Of a stretch of DNA of 6,334 nt, positions 5,720 through 6,334 are shown piece after piece (within the stretch, counting starts at the first letter, position 1; each line of letters begins with the position of its first letter). The stretch is from positions 1 to 6,334 of the IMG/VR virus record IMGVR_UViG_3300029550_000043. One strand, given 5' to 3'. The DNA is from a virus. A program made the translations under genes and the position numbers. The notes beneath the pieces were generated by a model. That model was not told the DNA's origin and did no database searches. It saw only the letters and a program-made list of their open reading frames with translations.

Positions 5720-5755
5720 TGCGCGCGCGCACGCGTAAACGCGCGCACGCACGCA
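5720..5755. repeat. Alternating purine-pyrimidine (mostly GC) tracts flanking a short CGCG-taaa-CGCG hairpin
   Basis: The tracts are GCGCGCGCGCACGCGTA (5721-5737) and CGCGCGCACGCACGCA (5740-5755). CGCG 5732-5735 pairs with CGCG 5740-5743. The tracts contain two of the five same-strand GCGCAC motifs, which sit at 5657, 5685, 5707, 5727 and 5743. Confidence 0.85.
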
Positions 5756-5830
5756 GAAATGGGTGAATAATATATAAACAATATGAAATAAACAGAGAAT
5801 GAAAATAAGTTTTAGTAAATAAGAATAAAC

Positions 5831-5863
5831 AAAAAAATGCTTTCTCTCACATGGAGAGAAAGC
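5831..5863 (-). terminator. Rho-independent terminator of the minus-strand gene block
   Basis: The minus strand reads GCTTTCTCTC-catgt-GAGAGAAAGC-A-TTTTTTT-G, a perfect 10-bp stem (5839-5848/5854-5863) with a 5-nt loop and a T7 run. It starts 13 nt after the VP2 stop codon. Confidence 0.8.
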
Positions 5864-5876
5864 AATCGAAAGAGAG

Positions 5877-6334
5877 TTATTTTCTAGACTTTTTGGCAAA
5901 ACGTCTGATAGGGTGACCAGAACCATATCCATGAAAATCACCAGACGCAGCATTACCAAGACCTTTAACAAAAGAACCAGGTAAATTAGTAACAGGTATA
6001 TCAAATCCCATACGTGACTTCTCATTAATCCATAGACCTTGCTCATACTCATTTTCAGCCTTACCAATAGATAAGTCATAAATATCATTCTTAAGACGAT
6101 TGTCAATACGAACACCAGCAGCTTGAGCAGCATTGAGACCAGCCATAACAATCATATTCTTAGCACTGGCATAATTAAGATGCATCTGACTAGCAGCAGT
6201 ACGCGCATTCTGGATAGCAGCCATAATAGAAACTTGCTTTTCCTTATCGAGCCAACGGAGATTTGTATCAGCTAGCTTATGTTGAATCTCAGTAAGACCA
6301 GCCAATTGATTATAATATGAAGACTGAGAACCTA
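5877..6334 (-). CDS. VP2: VP2 minor capsid / pilot protein, 3' portion. This is the same gene as 1..796, and 6236-6334 duplicates 1-99.
   Basis: The track ORF 5877..6305 'starts' at an internal TTG, but the frame stays open to the window end and joins 1..796 across the junction. The stop is TAA at 5879-5877. The C-terminus is ...GHPIRRFAKKSRK. Confidence 0.85.
   Translation of the reverse strand, partial: GSQSSYYNQLAGLTEIQHKLADTNLRWLDKEKQVSIMAAIQNARTAASQMHLNYASAKNMIVMAGLNAAQAAGVRIDNRLKNDIYDLSIGKAENEYEQGLWINEKSRMGFDIPVTNLPGSFVKGLGNAASGDFHGYGSGHPIRRFAKKSRK
6236..6334. repeat. Terminal redundancy, right copy
   Basis: Identical to 1-99. The VP2 reading frame is continuous across the implied junction. 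Confidence 0.95.

Noticed and set aside
5381-5760. GC island as a MITE or insertion element, or as a tRNA, tmRNA, RNase P or SRP fragment
   Set aside because: I found no terminal inverted repeats or flanking target-site duplication. I also found no cloverleaf, no T-arm GTTCGAATC-like box, and none of the conserved RNase P, SRP or tmRNA motifs I know. Foreign origin remains possible but is not demonstrable from this window.
1167-6151. Seven minus-strand ORFs nested in alternative frames of real genes (1167..1364, 1470..1667, 1674..2051, 2385..2687, 3616..4146, 4267..4449, 5672..6151). Several are very hydrophobic and superficially resemble phiX174-style overlapping genes such as the lysis protein E.
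   Set aside because: Every one starts in the frame whose middle base is the third codon position of the overlapped gene (I checked this by coordinates modulo 3). The real genes overwhelmingly use T-ending codons, so that frame reads xTy codons. These can never be stops and encode F/L/I/M/V, which explains both the length and the hydrophobicity. No independent support exists. Only 3616..4146 (176 aa) might merit a conservation check.

Overview
The window is one complete, circularly closed Microviridae genome of about 6,235 nt (non-phiX type, gokushovirus/alpavirus-like). It is displayed as the complement of the coding, and presumably packaged, strand. Bases 1-99 are identical to 6236-6334, so the contig wraps on itself. 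Six tightly packed minus-strand genes fill about 87% of the circle. In transcription order they are: a 71-aa ORF, a 68-aa lipoprotein-like ORF, the HUH rolling-circle Rep (VP4), the major capsid protein (VP1), a 147-aa acidic scaffold-like ORF, and the pilot/minor capsid protein (VP2), which spans the junction. Gaps between genes are 11 nt or less, and one stop/start pair overlaps. Everything else is a single 813-nt non-coding region (5064-5876), and this is where the unexplained signal sits. Reading it left to right on the + strand, it contains: an AT-rich stretch with one exact Bacteroides-type -7 promoter box and a dif-like 11-6-11 site; a 12-bp perfect palindrome; a roughly 110-nt domain closed by long-range complementarity, followed by a terminator-like hairpin that faces away from the genes; a compositionally foreign GC-rich island (about 53-55% G+C by hand count, in an AT-rich genome) made of at least six perfect stem-loops; 22-bp tandem iteron-like repeats with five same-strand GCGCAC motifs and alternating-GC tracts; and a textbook intrinsic terminator for the gene block. 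I could not match the island to any RNA family, ribozyme, tRNA, CRISPR array or mobile element that I know. I rank it as the best candidate for something undescribed, either a ssDNA replication or complementary-strand origin module or a phage structured ncRNA. All of this is inference from sequence only.
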